Shown here piece by piece: positions 36,899 to 49,350 of a stretch of 64,000 bases of DNA (position 1 is its first letter; each line of letters begins with the position of its first letter). The notes below the pieces were generated by a model, which saw only the letters and a list, made by a program, of their open reading frames with translations, made no database searches and was not told the origin of the DNA. This stretch comes from Somniosus microcephalus (taxonomy: Eukaryota): positions 84,196,001 through 84,260,000 of the forward strand of contig CM126217.1 in NCBI GenBank assembly GCA_052327205.1. Direction: 5' to 3'. The position numbers and the translations under genes were made by a program.

Positions 36899-39800
36899 TG
36901 TAATGAAATCTGTTTGTCTTGCCTGTATCCGTTTTGCACTCATGTATATTACCCTCCCCCACACGGTGTATAGTTTCACTTCCTCTTTCCTGACTAACCT
37001 GGAAGGTTCCAGGTCTTGGGTCTTGGCTCTTGTCTCCGCCCCTGACTTCTCTTACTTAAAGATCTCAGGATCTGTATGACTCATTCCTGTGAGCCAGTCG
37101 GTGTGTTGAGATGTTAGCTCTGATCTTAGTGATTAAAAGCCAACTTGTTAAAGTCTATAACTTCTAGTTTTGTGGTTATTGAAGGCACATCAATTTTAAT
37201 CACTAAAGAATACTAGGATGGATCGACTCCTAAAACCAGAGCGTCTGGACTTGGATCCACATTCTGCTGAAGCATCAAATCAATTTGGACACTGGCTCAA
37301 ATGCTTCGAACTCTTCGCGAGGGCCTCATCCGCTAGCGAGGTAGATAAACTGAGTCTACTGACTACTCGCGTTAGTCATCGGATTTATTCGTTCATCCGG
37401 GACGCCACCTCTTACACGGAGGCCATCACTATCCTGAAGGCCCAATACCAGAGGCCAGTAAACTAAGTGTACGCCAGACATCTGCTGGCTACACGCAGGC
37501 AGCGACCTGAGGAATCAATGGACGATTTCTTACAAGGCCTAAAGGACTTGGTCCGGGACTGTAACTGCAAGGCCGTGACGGCCAACGTGTACTCTGACGA
37601 ATTGGTCCGCGATTCCTTCATCACGGGCCTCAAATCGAATTATATCCGGCAGAGACTGCTGGAGAAGGAGGTCCTGGACTTAAAAAAGGCAGTGGCCACT
37701 GCGCGATCGCTGGACGTGGCCCAGAAAAACTCTGACTCTTATTCTTCCGGCCATGCGGCCCTCAACGCCTCGTGCGCGCCGAGCGGGCCGCCATCTTGGA
37801 ATCGGCCATCTTCCCCATCCAGGTCTCAGACCAGCTCTACACCGCCGGAGTCCCCACACAGAAGTTCATCCAGGAGTCCTACTATAGCGGCAATGTCTCG
37901 AGGCCTGAAATGCTACTTCTGCGGCCAGGCCAAGCACCCCAGACAACGATGCCCAGCGAAGGATGCTACATGCTTCAAATGTAAGAAAAAGGGGCATTTT
38001 AGCAAAGTCTGCAGGGGGAATCCGATTTCCAACTCCGTCACCGCCTCGTGCGTGCCGTGCGGGCCACCATCTTGGGATCCACCATCTTTTCCCGACTCAA
38101 CGGCCGCCCAGGGCCCAACAGTGGCTTCGATCACGGTGGATCAATCCAGGCCACACCCGTTGACAAAATCCATGATGGACATACAGGTAAACGGGAATTT
38201 AACAAAATGTTTAATTGACTGTGGGAGTACCGAGAGTTTTATCCACCCTAGCCTGGTACGGCGGCACTCATTAACGGTAACCCCTACACGGAGCAGGATT
38301 GCTATGGCTGCTAAGCCCCACACTTCGGACATTTTGGGCTACTGTGTGGTAACACTGACTGTAAAAGGCACGGACTACAAGGATTTTAAACTCCTCGTGA
38401 TGCCAGAACTCTGTGTTAATGTAATCTTGGGCCTGGACTTCCAGTGCCACCACGAAAGTGTCACGCTAGCATATGGCGGGTCCCAGCCGCCACTCACAGT
38501 CTGTGGCCTATCAACCTTAAAAATCAGCCCGCCCTCTTTATTCGCTAATCTCGCTCCGAACTGTAGGCCCATAGCGACCAAAAGTAGACGGTACAGTCTG
38601 GAAGACAGACACTTTATCAAGGCGGAAGTGGACAGACTCCTGCGGGAAGGCATTATTGAATGCAGTACCAGTCCGTGGCGTGCCCAAGTAGTCATAGTTA
38701 AAAATAGCGAAAAGAAACGGATGGTAATTGACTACAGCCAGACTGTTAATATTTATACCCAGCTGGACGCCTACCCTTTACCCCGCATATCAGAAATGGT
38801 CAACCAGATTGCACAATACCGAGTCTTCTCGACTATCGACCTCAAATCCGCGTATCACCAGCTCCCCATTAGAACGGAGGACCGCACATACACCGCCTTT
38901 GAGGCGAACGGACGCCTCTACCATTTTCTCAGAGTGCCCTTCGGGGTAACAAATGGGGTCTCAGTCTTCCAACGTGAGATGGACCGCATGGTTGACGAGA
39001 ATAAACTACAAGCTACCTACCCCTATCTGGACAATGTCACTATCTGCGGGCACAACCAGCAAGACCACGATCTAAATCTTGCGAGATTTTTAAAAACTGC
39101 CCTAAAGCTGAATCTAACCTACAACGAAAACAAATGTGTCTTCAACACAGCCCGTCTCTGTATCCTCGGCTGTGTGGTGGAAGATGGGGTAATTGGACCG
39201 GACCCTGACCGATTACACCCCCTAAAGGAACTGCCCCTGCCACACAATCCCAAAGCTTTAAAAAGGTGCCTGGGATTTTTTTCGCATTATGCCCAATGGG
39301 TGCCCAATTACTCTGATAAGGCCCGACCCCTCATTAAATCGACGTCCTTCCCACTATCAGCTGAAGCTCGGGAGGTTTTCACCAGTATCAAACAGGACAT
39401 TGAAAGGGCTGCACTGTGTGCAGTGGACGAAAGCATCCCTTTCAAGTCGAAAGCGATGCGTCAGACTTTGCCTTAGCTGCGACCCTCAATCAGGCTGGGA
39501 GACCTGTGGCCTTCTTCTCCCGAACCCTTCAGGGACCTGAAATCAGGCACTCTTCTGTCGAGAAGGAGGCACAGGCTATAGTGGAGGCAGTGCGGCACTG
39601 GAGACACTACCTAGCCGGCAAACGTTTCACCCTGCTCACTGACCAGCGGTCGGTGGCTTTCATGTTTAATAACAAAGGGGGAAAATCAAGAATGACAAAA
39701 TACTCAGGTGGAGGATCGAACTATCCACGTTCGACTATGATATTATGTACAGGCCGGGAGCCCTTAATGAACCCCCAGACGCCCTATCGCGGGGAATGTG

Positions 39801-41251
39801 TGCCAGCATTCATACGGACAAATTACAGGGTCTCCACAACGACCTCTGTCACCCAGGGGTCACCCGACTATACCATTTTATAAAGTCCCGCAATCTGCCC
39901 CACTCCACCGAGGAGGTCAGGGCAATGACCAGAGCCTGCCGCATCTGTGCGGAATGCAAGCCTCGTTTCTACAGGCCTGACCGTGCACACCTTATCAAAG
40001 CCACACGGCCATTCGAGCGCCTAAGTCTGGACTTCAAGGGACCCCTTCCCTCTGCCGACCGTAACGTATACTTCCTCAATATCATCGATGAATATTCCCG
40101 CTTCCCCTTCGCCATTCCCTGCCCAGACATGACCAGTGCCACGGTCATCAAGTGTCTCGGTAATCTATTCTGCATGTTTGGCATGCCGAACTACATACAC
40201 AGCGATAGGGGGACGTCATTTATGAGTGACGAACTGCGCCAGTTCTTGCTCTCAAAGGGGATAGCCACTAGCAGAACCACTAGCTACAACCCCCGGGGTA
40301 ATGGGCAAGTGGAAAGGGAGAATGCTACTGTTTGGAAGGCTGTCACGTTAGCCTTAAAGTCAAAAGACCTTCCGACCTCCTGCTGGCAGGAAGTCCTCCC
40401 AGACGTGCTCCACTCCATAAGGTCTCTGTTATGTACAGCCACTAATGCTACCCCTCATGAAAAGATGTTCGTTTTCCCCCGGAAATCCACCTCGGGCATA
40501 TCTCTACCCGCGTGGCTGACGTCTCCGGGGACAGTACTATTGCGGAAGCACGTGAGAGGCCATAAAACGGACCCCCTTGTGGAAAAGGTACAGCTCCTCC
40601 ATGCAAACCCTCAGTACGCCTATATCGAATACTCTGACGGGCGAGAGGACACTGTTTCCATAAAAGACCTCGCTCCCTCGGGGAGCGGAGAGAACGATGA
40701 GAGACTACCCGAGGAAGACCTACACCAAAAAGAGACAGGATGCCCAGAGGTATCAATACCCAACTTTAACCTGGAGGACACTGCAGATAACCTGGAAGAC
40801 ACTGCGGAGGCCCGGACAGCGGAGGAACCAGAATCCACTCCCCTAGAGGCACCCCAACCGGCTTTGCGCCGATCACTGAGAACCGCAAAACCTCCTGACA
40901 GACTCACTTATACCAACTTTTAAGAAACATCACCCCGATGGACTAAATCTAAAGAAGGGGTGAATGTAATGAAATCTGTTTGTCTTGCCTGTATCCGTTT
41001 TGCACTCATGTATATTACCCTCCCCCACACGGTGTATAGTTTCACTTCCTCTTTCCTGACTAACCTGGAAGGTTCCAGGTCTTGGCTCTTGGCTCCGCCC
41101 CTGACTTCTCTTACTTAAAGATCTCAGGATCGGTATGACTCATTCCTGTGAGCCAGTCGGTGTGTTGAGATGTTAGCTCTGATCTTAGTGATTAAAAGCC
41201 AACTTGTTAAAGTCTATAACTTCTAGTTTTGTGGTTATTGAAGGCACATCA
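36899..41251 (+). mobile_element. Full-length Ty3/Gypsy LTR retrotransposon lacking a tRNA PBS (element 4)
   Basis: LTRs 36899-37192 and 40965-41251 (7-bp indel, few substitutions); TSD GAAAG; PPT AAAGAAGGGGTGAA before 40965. Confidence 0.97.
37218..40923 (+). pseudogene. gag-pol of element 4 with one stop (37464-37466) and frameshifts near 39440 and 39680
   Basis: 2xCCHC, LIDCGS protease, YLDN RT motif, ESDAS RNase H, integrase H..H..C..C and D-D-E (SLDF, SDRG, VERE). Confidence 0.92.
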
Positions 41252-41256
41252 GAAAG

Positions 41257-41365
41257 AGAGAAAGACTTGCATTTATATAGCGCCTTTCACAACCACCGGA
41301 CATCCCAAAGTGCTTTACAGCCAATGAAGTATTTTTGAAGTGTAGTCACTGTTGTAAAATAGGAA
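41257..41365 (-). mobile_element. 3' fragment of Deu-type SINE adjoining element 4
   Basis: Near-identical to 28712-28820. Confidence 0.75.
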
Positions 41366-42450
41366 GTGGGTTCGCATCCAACATTTCCCACATGGGGGAA
41401 GCGATATCATGAATGCATCCAAAAAGCACACTGTAATGATGTTGCCGCACATAGGAACTATAGCAATGATCACATCCTCCCCAATAATGAGCTTCTAAAC
41501 TCAATTCTATCATTGTGGGACGATGGAAAGCAAAGGCCAGGCATATCCTCATAGGGAGGGAGAGAACGTTGGGCACACTTGTGTGCTTCCTCAGGTTTGG
41601 CTACAAAGTGTCACTGGCAGTGGACTGTGGCTACGTCTCCAGCCTATCATCTCTGCTGAGACATGTAGACAAAAGACAGAAATAAATAAATTACAAACTG
41701 CTTATTGTTGATGGCAAGCCAACAGACGACCCAGACCTGTTTTTTTTCATTCCTAAGCTGTCTGCTCGACTTTATTCAAAGTTGCTCAATTCAAACTATC
41801 TTAAAAAAATATCATTTTATAGCCCTAAATTCCTACTTTGCTGTGTTAGTTACCTCGCTTTGTTGAAATTATTGGTTATTCAAAATGTTTTCAGTGCAAT
41901 AAACAACTTGTAGACTGTAGTTCAATCCATTATAATTACCATTGTAAATCTTGAGGCTTGCTGTAACATCTGTCAAAAATTCTATGAAATATGATACTGA
42001 GATCTGATACTTTCTATCCCAAGCCTGTCCCATTTTGATCCTCTTTAAAATCAACTTTGTCAGACATTCCACATTCTTATTTTAACCTTAAGGTTGCTTT
42101 CCTCCTAACTTTTTAGTTTTCCTCGTTTACAATTTGAATTTGTCTTTTGAATCTGGGCTTATAAAATAGAAATGTTAATAAGAAATACACAAGATTGTTA
42201 AACATAACTCTAACATTGTATACTCAAATTTCTGATTGGCAGTAGCATTATGGTGGATCCACTATCAGCAGGAATATGTTGAGAGTGGTATATCCACTGG
42301 TGGCAGATTTACTGCTGGTCTCTAGTTTCTACCCAATAGTAATGGTTACTACCAGAATCATTAAAAACAAATTAAATCAATTACTTTAAGAGGTGGGGCA
42401 ACTGGAAAACTTCCCGTTTATAAACTGAAACACAATTAGCAACATAAATA

Positions 42451-42773
42451 CAGGAAACTTTCGATTAACCGGCCCCTAAATAACCGGAACGCTCTATCCA
42501 CCGGCAAAATTCAGGAGTCGGCTCAGGTAGCTTTTTTTACTTTTAGTTACTTTTTTTACTCCATTTGTTGCTGTGCAAGGGTGTCGCTGAAGCTGTTGCT
42601 AAGCTACAGAGATGCTTGCAACTTGTGCCGATTGTTTTGAAGCTGTTAGGGTTTGTTGCTTTATACGGAGCTCTGAGCTCCGTATCTTTTACTATAGCGT
42701 TCGGTTATCCGGAATTGTTGATGAACCGGCAACACGTCGGTCCCGTCCGTGCCGGATACCAGAAGGTTTCCTG
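42451..42773. mobile_element. Tc1/mariner-superfamily (Tigger/pogo-like) MITE
   Basis: TA|CAGGAAAC ... GTTTCCTG|TA with subterminal TAACCGG/CCGGAT motifs. Confidence 0.75.
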
Positions 42774-43384
42774 TAACTGGTGGTATATATTCTGGCAGTT
42801 CAGCATAACAGTGCATTTTAGAAGCACGTATCCTGTGATGAAGTCTCTTGTGTAATGAGAGTTGCACCGAGGAAGAAGAAACTTCGGGTCTGTTGAGTCT
42901 CAGTGTTAAGATTCGGTCAATATTTAGAAGAAATGAGTGGTGTTTCTGTATAAAACATGTTATTCCTTTTAATGATTTTTTTTTGGTGAGCAATGGACTT
43001 CCCTCAGATTTGATGCACTTAGACACTAGGAAATGCATGGTATCTGATTATAACGGGGAGGCAAACCTTAAGCCTCCAACCGCCACAGACAGCTTCTAAA
43101 TTACGTAAGTCCAGATTCTGGTTCCCTCCTCCCTCTCCATCAAGAGTTTAGCCACTCTTTCAATTGTTAGAGCACCTTTGTGAGGATCAAGATTCCCCTT
43201 CTGCTAAACATCTGATTTTCTTTTCTTATGGACGATCATCTCCCTACTGGTCTATTTTAGGTTGCTGAGATGCTGTCGTCCTATTTTCGGCATAACAAGA
43301 TTATTTATAATCAGTGTGCGCTGTTGTGGGAACACATTAATGTGACCCAAAGGTATCCTTGTACCATTTCAAAAGAGACAAGGC

Positions 43385-43700
43385 AAAGAACTTGCACTTA
43401 TATAGTGCCCTTCACAACCTCAGGATGTCCCACTTCAGTCAATTAAGTATGGTTACTGTTGTAATGTAGGGTGACACAGCAGCTAATTTGCGCATAGCAA
43501 GGTTCCACAATGAAGTAAATGATCAATTGTCTGTTTTAATGGTATTGGTTAAGGGATACCAGGATACCATGAGAACTCCCCAGCTCTTCTTTGAATAGTG
43601 CCATGTATTTGTACCCACCTGAGAGCAGATGGGGTCTTGGGTTAAACATCTCATACGAAAGACAGAGCCAACAGTTCAGTACTCCCTTAGTACTCTATCG
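43385..43700 (-). mobile_element. Degenerate Deu-type SINE
   Basis: Diverged homology to 28712-29070. Confidence 0.7.
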
Positions 43701-44824
43701 TGAAAGGTTGAATGTGAATGCTGGCCTCTGAACTTCTTCTGTGAGTGCTGCAAAATCTTTTCAGTTACAAGCATTACATTTCTTAGCTTAGAAAGTGGCT
43801 GTACCACTCACAACATATTCCTGCTGATAGTGGATCCACCATAATGCTACTGCCAATCAGAAATTCGAGTCTACAATGTTAGAGTTATGTTTAACAATCT
43901 TGTGCATTTCTATAGGTCTGATCTACATTGGGGCAAAGAAGTGGTGAAGATGGCTGGAATAACTATTCAAGTGGAAATCTTCATCTGTACTTACCCTTCT
44001 TGGAATTCAGTGTTCAGCAAGATCAACATCAGCTCAGTGATGAATAATTATAACTACATTTACTTGGCAACAAAAAATAACACATTTCTTCCTCCTGGAC
44101 TCATTAAAGTTGAAGGCAAGCAAAACATTTTTTTTATTACAGGCCAGTCTGTAATAATCAACAGGGATTTCAGAGCTAAATAATTATGCTCTTTACTGTG
44201 CTGCCATTTTGAATCTACACTGTGGCTGTCAATCATAAAAACAACCTCGAGGTCGGAAGGAACAGCCTGGGAATATTCTGAGCTTCATTACTGATAGATT
44301 TTCAATTCAATACCCATACAGCTTGCAGAGTAGTGAACTTATATTGAATGTATGCCAGGGACCACAGTACACGGCAGTGATGAAATCTAGCTGGGCTCTC
44401 AGTCCTCTACGATATTCTAACTGCAGCAGCACCATGAAAGTTGCTCGTACTTGAATCAGAGTTCTGCGTCTATGTCGAGAACACAAGAGCTGCTGTGGTT
44501 GTACTTTGACATTCAGTATTAATCTAAAACACCCACACACAAAGATAATGGTAAAGTGTCACGTACTATTCCTCCTGACTTTGAAACTCTCCCACACACA
44601 CAGTTTATATCTGAAAGGCTGTCCCTTGGATGCAGGCATTTAAACATGGAGTTAATCATGGGTCACTGAAGGTGGGTTGCTCAAGCATACGTTAGGTGAA
44701 GGAAAAGCTGTGAATTCCACTTTGATACCCCAATTTCTCTATTTCTCTGTGGCCCGAGCAACCACTTAGGTTAACTTTGAAAGATCTGTCCTTGTTCCAG
44801 TTGTGCCTTGTTATTTTGCTATAA

Positions 44825-46350
44825 TATATGCCATTGCAGTACCAATGTTCTGTGCTCCAGAACTAGCCGCGCCTCTAGCCAAGTTGTTCCAGTACAGCTA
44901 CAACACTGGCATCTATCCGACAATGTGGAAAACTGCCCAGGTATGTCCTGTCCAAAAAAAGCAGGACAAATTCAATCTGGCCAATTACCACCCCAACAGT
45001 CTACGCTCAATCATCAGCAAAGTGATGGAAGGTGTCGTCGACAGTGCTATCAAGCAGCACTTACTCACCAATAACCTGCTGACTGATGTCCAGTTTGGGT
45101 TCCACCAGGACCACTCGGCTCCAGACCTCATTACAGCCTTGGTCCAAACATGGACAAAAGAGCTGAATTCCAGAGGTGAGGTGAGAGTGACTGCCCTTGA
45201 CTTCAAGGCAGCATTTGACCAAGTGTGGCATCAAGGAGCCCTAGTAAAACTGAAGTCAATGGGAATCGGGGGGAAAACATTCTACTGGCTGGAGTCATAC
45301 CTAGCACAAAGGAAGATGGTTGTGGTGGTGGGAGGTCAATCATCACAGCCCCAGGATATCGCTGTAGGAGTTCCTCAGGGCAGTGTCCTAGGCCCAACCA
45401 TCTTCAGCTGCTTCTTCAAATACCTTCCCTCCATCATAAGGTCAGAAATGGGGATGTTCGCTGATGACTGAACAGTGTTCAGTGCATTTCGCAACTCCTC
45501 AGATAATGAAGCAGTCCATGCCCGCATGCAGCAAGACCTGGACGACATTCAGGCTTGGGCTGATAAGTGGCAGGTAACATTCGCGCCACACAAGTGCCAG
45601 GTAATGACTATCTCCAAAAAGCGAGCGTCTAACCACCGCCCCTTGACATTCAACGGCAATACCATCGCTGAATCCCCCACCATTAATATCCTGGGGGTCA
45701 CCATTGACCAGAAACTTAACTGAACCAGCCACATAAATACTGTGACAACAAGAGCAGGTCAGAGGCTGGGTATTCTGCGGCGAGTGTCTCACCTCCTGAC
45801 TCCCCAAACCCTTTCCACCATCTACAAGGCACAAGTCAGGGGTGTGATGGAATACTCTCCACTTGCCTGGATGAGTGCAACTCCAACAATACTCAAGAAG
45901 CTCGACACCATCCAAGACAATGCAGCCTGCTTGATTGGCACCCCATCCACCACTTTAAACATTCACTCCCTCCACCATCGGCATACCGTGGCTGCAGTGT
46001 GTACCATCTACAAGATGCACTGCAGCAACTCGCCAAGGCTTCTTCGGCAGCACCTCCCAAACCCACGACCTCTATCACCTAGAAGGACAAGGGCAGCAGG
46101 TGCATGGGAACATCACCACCTCCAAGTTCCCCTCCAAGTTACACACCATCCTGACTTGAAAATATATAACCATTCCTTCATCGTCGCTGGGTCAAAATCC
46201 TGGAACTCCCTCCCTAACAGCACTGTGGGAGCACCTTCACCACACGGACTGCAGCGGTTCAAGAAGGCGGTTCACCACCACCTCCTCGAGGGCAATAAAT
46301 GCTGGCCTTGCCAGGGATGCCCACATCCCAGGGACGAATAGCAAAAAAAA
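44825..46350 (+). mobile_element. 5'-truncated CR1/L2-group LINE RT with stops
   Basis: WKTAQVCPVQKK, QFGF, LDFKAAFD, GVPQGSVLGP, FADD; A-tail at about 46343. Confidence 0.9.
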
Positions 46351-47026
46351 TTATGCTGTTGTGTTCTGTCCATTTTTGTTTAATTACACCTCTATGAAGC
46401 ACTTGGAACATTTTTCTGCATTAAAGGCGCTTTATAAATGCAATTTGTTGTATCTACTAATCTGTCCACTTACATGGAAGTCTAATTAGGGAGCATTTCT
46501 CTTTACCAAACAGAACTTTAAAAAAAAACTTGATTTTTATTGGCACCAAGTACACTCCCTCATGTTATCTAAGTTAATTGTGTTAGAAATTATGTCAAGT
46601 GAATACTTTTCTCTCTAAATTACATGATTTGCCTTATTCAAGCCTCCAATTACAGACTGTCACATTCTGTATCGCATATGTTCTGTATTGCTGCTGCTGT
46701 TAAGTGGTGTTTGTTATATTGAAAAAGTTCCAGTTGATGAAGCTATTGTTACAAGTTTAATGTTGTAATGTCAAAATGCATAGTGTAACCAGGGGCTTTA
46801 CACAGACAGGCGCTATTGTAAAACTGCATGATGTGTTTATACGTTGTTTCATTGCATTCAATGAGAATGAGTAAGCAGTGGTTGTAAGCCTAAACCTCTT
46901 CAAAAATTTTCTTCCGTCAATGCAAAACCAAACCTATTTTTAAAAATAATCCAATCTCCGACCTCTTCCAATAACCTTAAGTGGATTTTGCTTAAAAGAT
47001 GCTTGAATGTTATAATCAAAGTAATT

Positions 47027-47155
47027 CTGATCAAAGGTCATCGGTCTGAAACGTTAACTCTTTTTCTCTCTCCACAGATGCTGCCTGACCTGCTGAGTGT
47101 TTCCAGCATTTTCTGTTTTTATTTCAGAGTTCCAGCATCCGCAGTATTTTGATTT
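47027..47155 (+). mobile_element. Penelope-like terminal-repeat remnant
   Basis: CTGATCA-AAGGTC-ATC-GGTCT-GAAACGTT (degenerate hammerhead core) followed by a tract homologous to 9320-9385. Confidence 0.55.
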
Positions 47156-47306
47156 TGATATAATCAAGCTTTTTTTTTCAGTGCTACACAGACTGTTGTC
47201 AACTGGAAAAGTGTCCAGCTTGTTGCTATGTTTTGATAGAAAATGTTGAGTTAGCAAGGTTTTATTCTTTTATCTTTCCAGCCTTATCAACAGACTCACC
47301 TTGATA

Positions 47307-47652
47307 GGGCAGCACGGTGGCATAGTGGTTAGCACTGTTGCCTCACAGCGCCAGGGACCCGGGTTCGAATCCGGCCTCGGGTGACTGTCTGTGTGGAGTT
47401 TGCACATTCTCCCCGTGTTTGCGTGGGTTTCCTCCGGGTGCTCCGGTTTCCTCCCACAGTCCAAAGATGTGCAGGTTAGGATGATTGGCTATGATAAAAT
47501 TGACCCTTAGTGTTAGGGGGATTAAATACGTGGGGTTACGGGGATAGGGTGGGATATGTGTTGGTGTAGGGGGATCGGGTGGGATATGTGTCGGTGCAGG
47601 CTCGATGGGCCGAAATGGCCTCTATCTGCACTGTGGGGTTTCTGTGATTCTG
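47307..47652 (+). mobile_element. HE1-type V-SINE
   Basis: Pol III A box TGGCATAGTGG and B box GGTTCGAATCC; V-domain GTGTGGAGTTTGCACATTCTCCCCGTG...GGTTTCCTCCCACAGTCCAAAGA; CR1/HER1-like tail. Confidence 0.9.
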
Positions 47653-47795
47653 AGTATTATATTTTTATGGACTGTAAACCAATAACCAACCAATTTGAAG
47701 AGACCAAGGTGGGAGATTTTTTTTCTGCAGTCCAATATATTTGTCTGGGTATGGTAGTGGACTAGCAACCCACATGTTGCGAGTTAAAATACCAC

Positions 47796-47990
47796 TGATG
47801 TAAGAAAACTACTAGGCACTTGGTCTAAGCGTTAAACAAAGCTTTAATCAACTGTTTTACAACATGGAGATCTAGTTGTGTCCTTCACTAGTTCCTGTTA
47901 AGAATGTCCTGCACAAGCTGGGCCCATGCCCGAGTATTTATACTCTCCCTGGACAGCGCCACCCGCAGGCCGCTCAGTTGATTCATGTCA
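47796..47990 (-). mobile_element. Solo LTR (195 bp)
   Basis: TG...CA with TSD ACCAC; the minus strand has TATAAATA, then ATTAAA, and ends ACATCA like the element 4 LTR. Confidence 0.75.
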
Positions 47991-48512
47991 ACCACCATGG
48001 TAATTGAATTCAAAAGATCTGGCAATTTGTGGGCTGGCACCAGAACAAAACCATCAAAGCTGCTGGATTGTTATAAAAACCCAACTGGTTCACGAACGTC
48101 CTTCAGGAAAGGGAATCTGCCACCCCTACCTGATGTGGCCTATATACTACTCCAGTCCCACAGTATGTGGTTGACTCTTAATGCACTCAGAATGGGCAAT
48201 AAGTACTGTCTTGACAAAGTCACCCACATCCCTGGAACAAATTATTTAAAAAATGTATAAAATAAATCCTAGTTAGCAGGTTTTATTTTTTCCAACCTAG
48301 TAGGTTTCAGCTGCATTCATGTCCAAAAAACATCAATTACTAAAATGCAAATATAGGTCACTTTCCTTCTTGCCATATGTATCATTTTGGCACTTTCTTT
48401 AAAATATTCGATTACTGGCCCATTGTACTAGATTAGCCTTTTTTCACTATTTAATAATACCAACAATTATAGTTTAACATTCAGTTGGTAACAGCCATAG
48501 GAAAATACATTT

Positions 48513-49350
48513 GAGGAGCGATTTTGCCAGCCCTGGGAAGGTGGGTTTGGAGGCGGGACTGCCGGGAAAATGGCAGAAACTGGGGGCGGGTACCCATCCC
48601 ACCCCCAACCCGCCTCCGTGCCATCTTCCCAGGAGGCGGGTACCCAACCCACGCCGGGTCCCGTCTCCTCGAGGCGGGAAGGGGATTACAGCCACTTAAC
48701 TGCCTGTTAACAGGTAGTTAACAAGCAGTTAAGAGGATTATCCCCATTTTACCAAAACAAGTGCGGGCTTCCCAACGTCAGGAAACCCTGCCAGGGTCAG
48801 CGAGACGAGCAGTGGGTCTGCGGGGGTGAGAGGGGTCCAAAAGTGCACTGTGGAGGTCAGTGATGGGTGCAAGTGTGGAGAGGTAAGTATGTGAGGTGAG
48901 TGAAAATTGTTAGAAAAAGTTTCCTTACCTTTGTTTCTTCCTGCAGGCTTCAATCGTTGGGGATCCGGAGGCTCCGGCATCTCAATGGCAGAGATGACAA
49001 AATGGCTGCTGCATTCTCCGATGCAACAGCCATCTGCTTTCTGCTCAGGAAATAGGTTTGGTGAGTCTTGAGTACAAGAACTCACCAAACAACAGAGAAT
49101 GTCAGTCTTTGACAGCTTCTCAAAGCTGTCAAACGACAACAATTCATCTGTCAAAAATTTTTGACAGATGAAACATCATACGTTGACGTTTTCTGTCACT
49201 GGCTTCCCCCTAATTGACCTGCTGGATGGGCTTAACAAGGTCAATCAAGGGAAAATAGCGTGGATTGGCCACAACTCGATGGAGGCGGAACTGAAACCCG
49301 AGAAGCAGCAGTCCCACCTCCAACTCGCCCTCAGTCACAAAATCACCCCC
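48513..49350 (-). mobile_element. Family A repeat, copy 2
   Basis: Reverse-complement homology to 33945-34754. Confidence 0.8.

Larger units (their letters stand above)
42181..43911. repeat. 110-bp inverted repeat pair (42181-42290 / 43802-43911)
   Basis: The arms are reverse complements with 4 mismatches counted. Confidence 0.92.

Noticed and set aside
47307-47385. tRNA-like sequence with A and B boxes (also about 36345-36400)
   Set aside because: Head of a SINE, continuing into V/Deu domains; not a tRNA gene.
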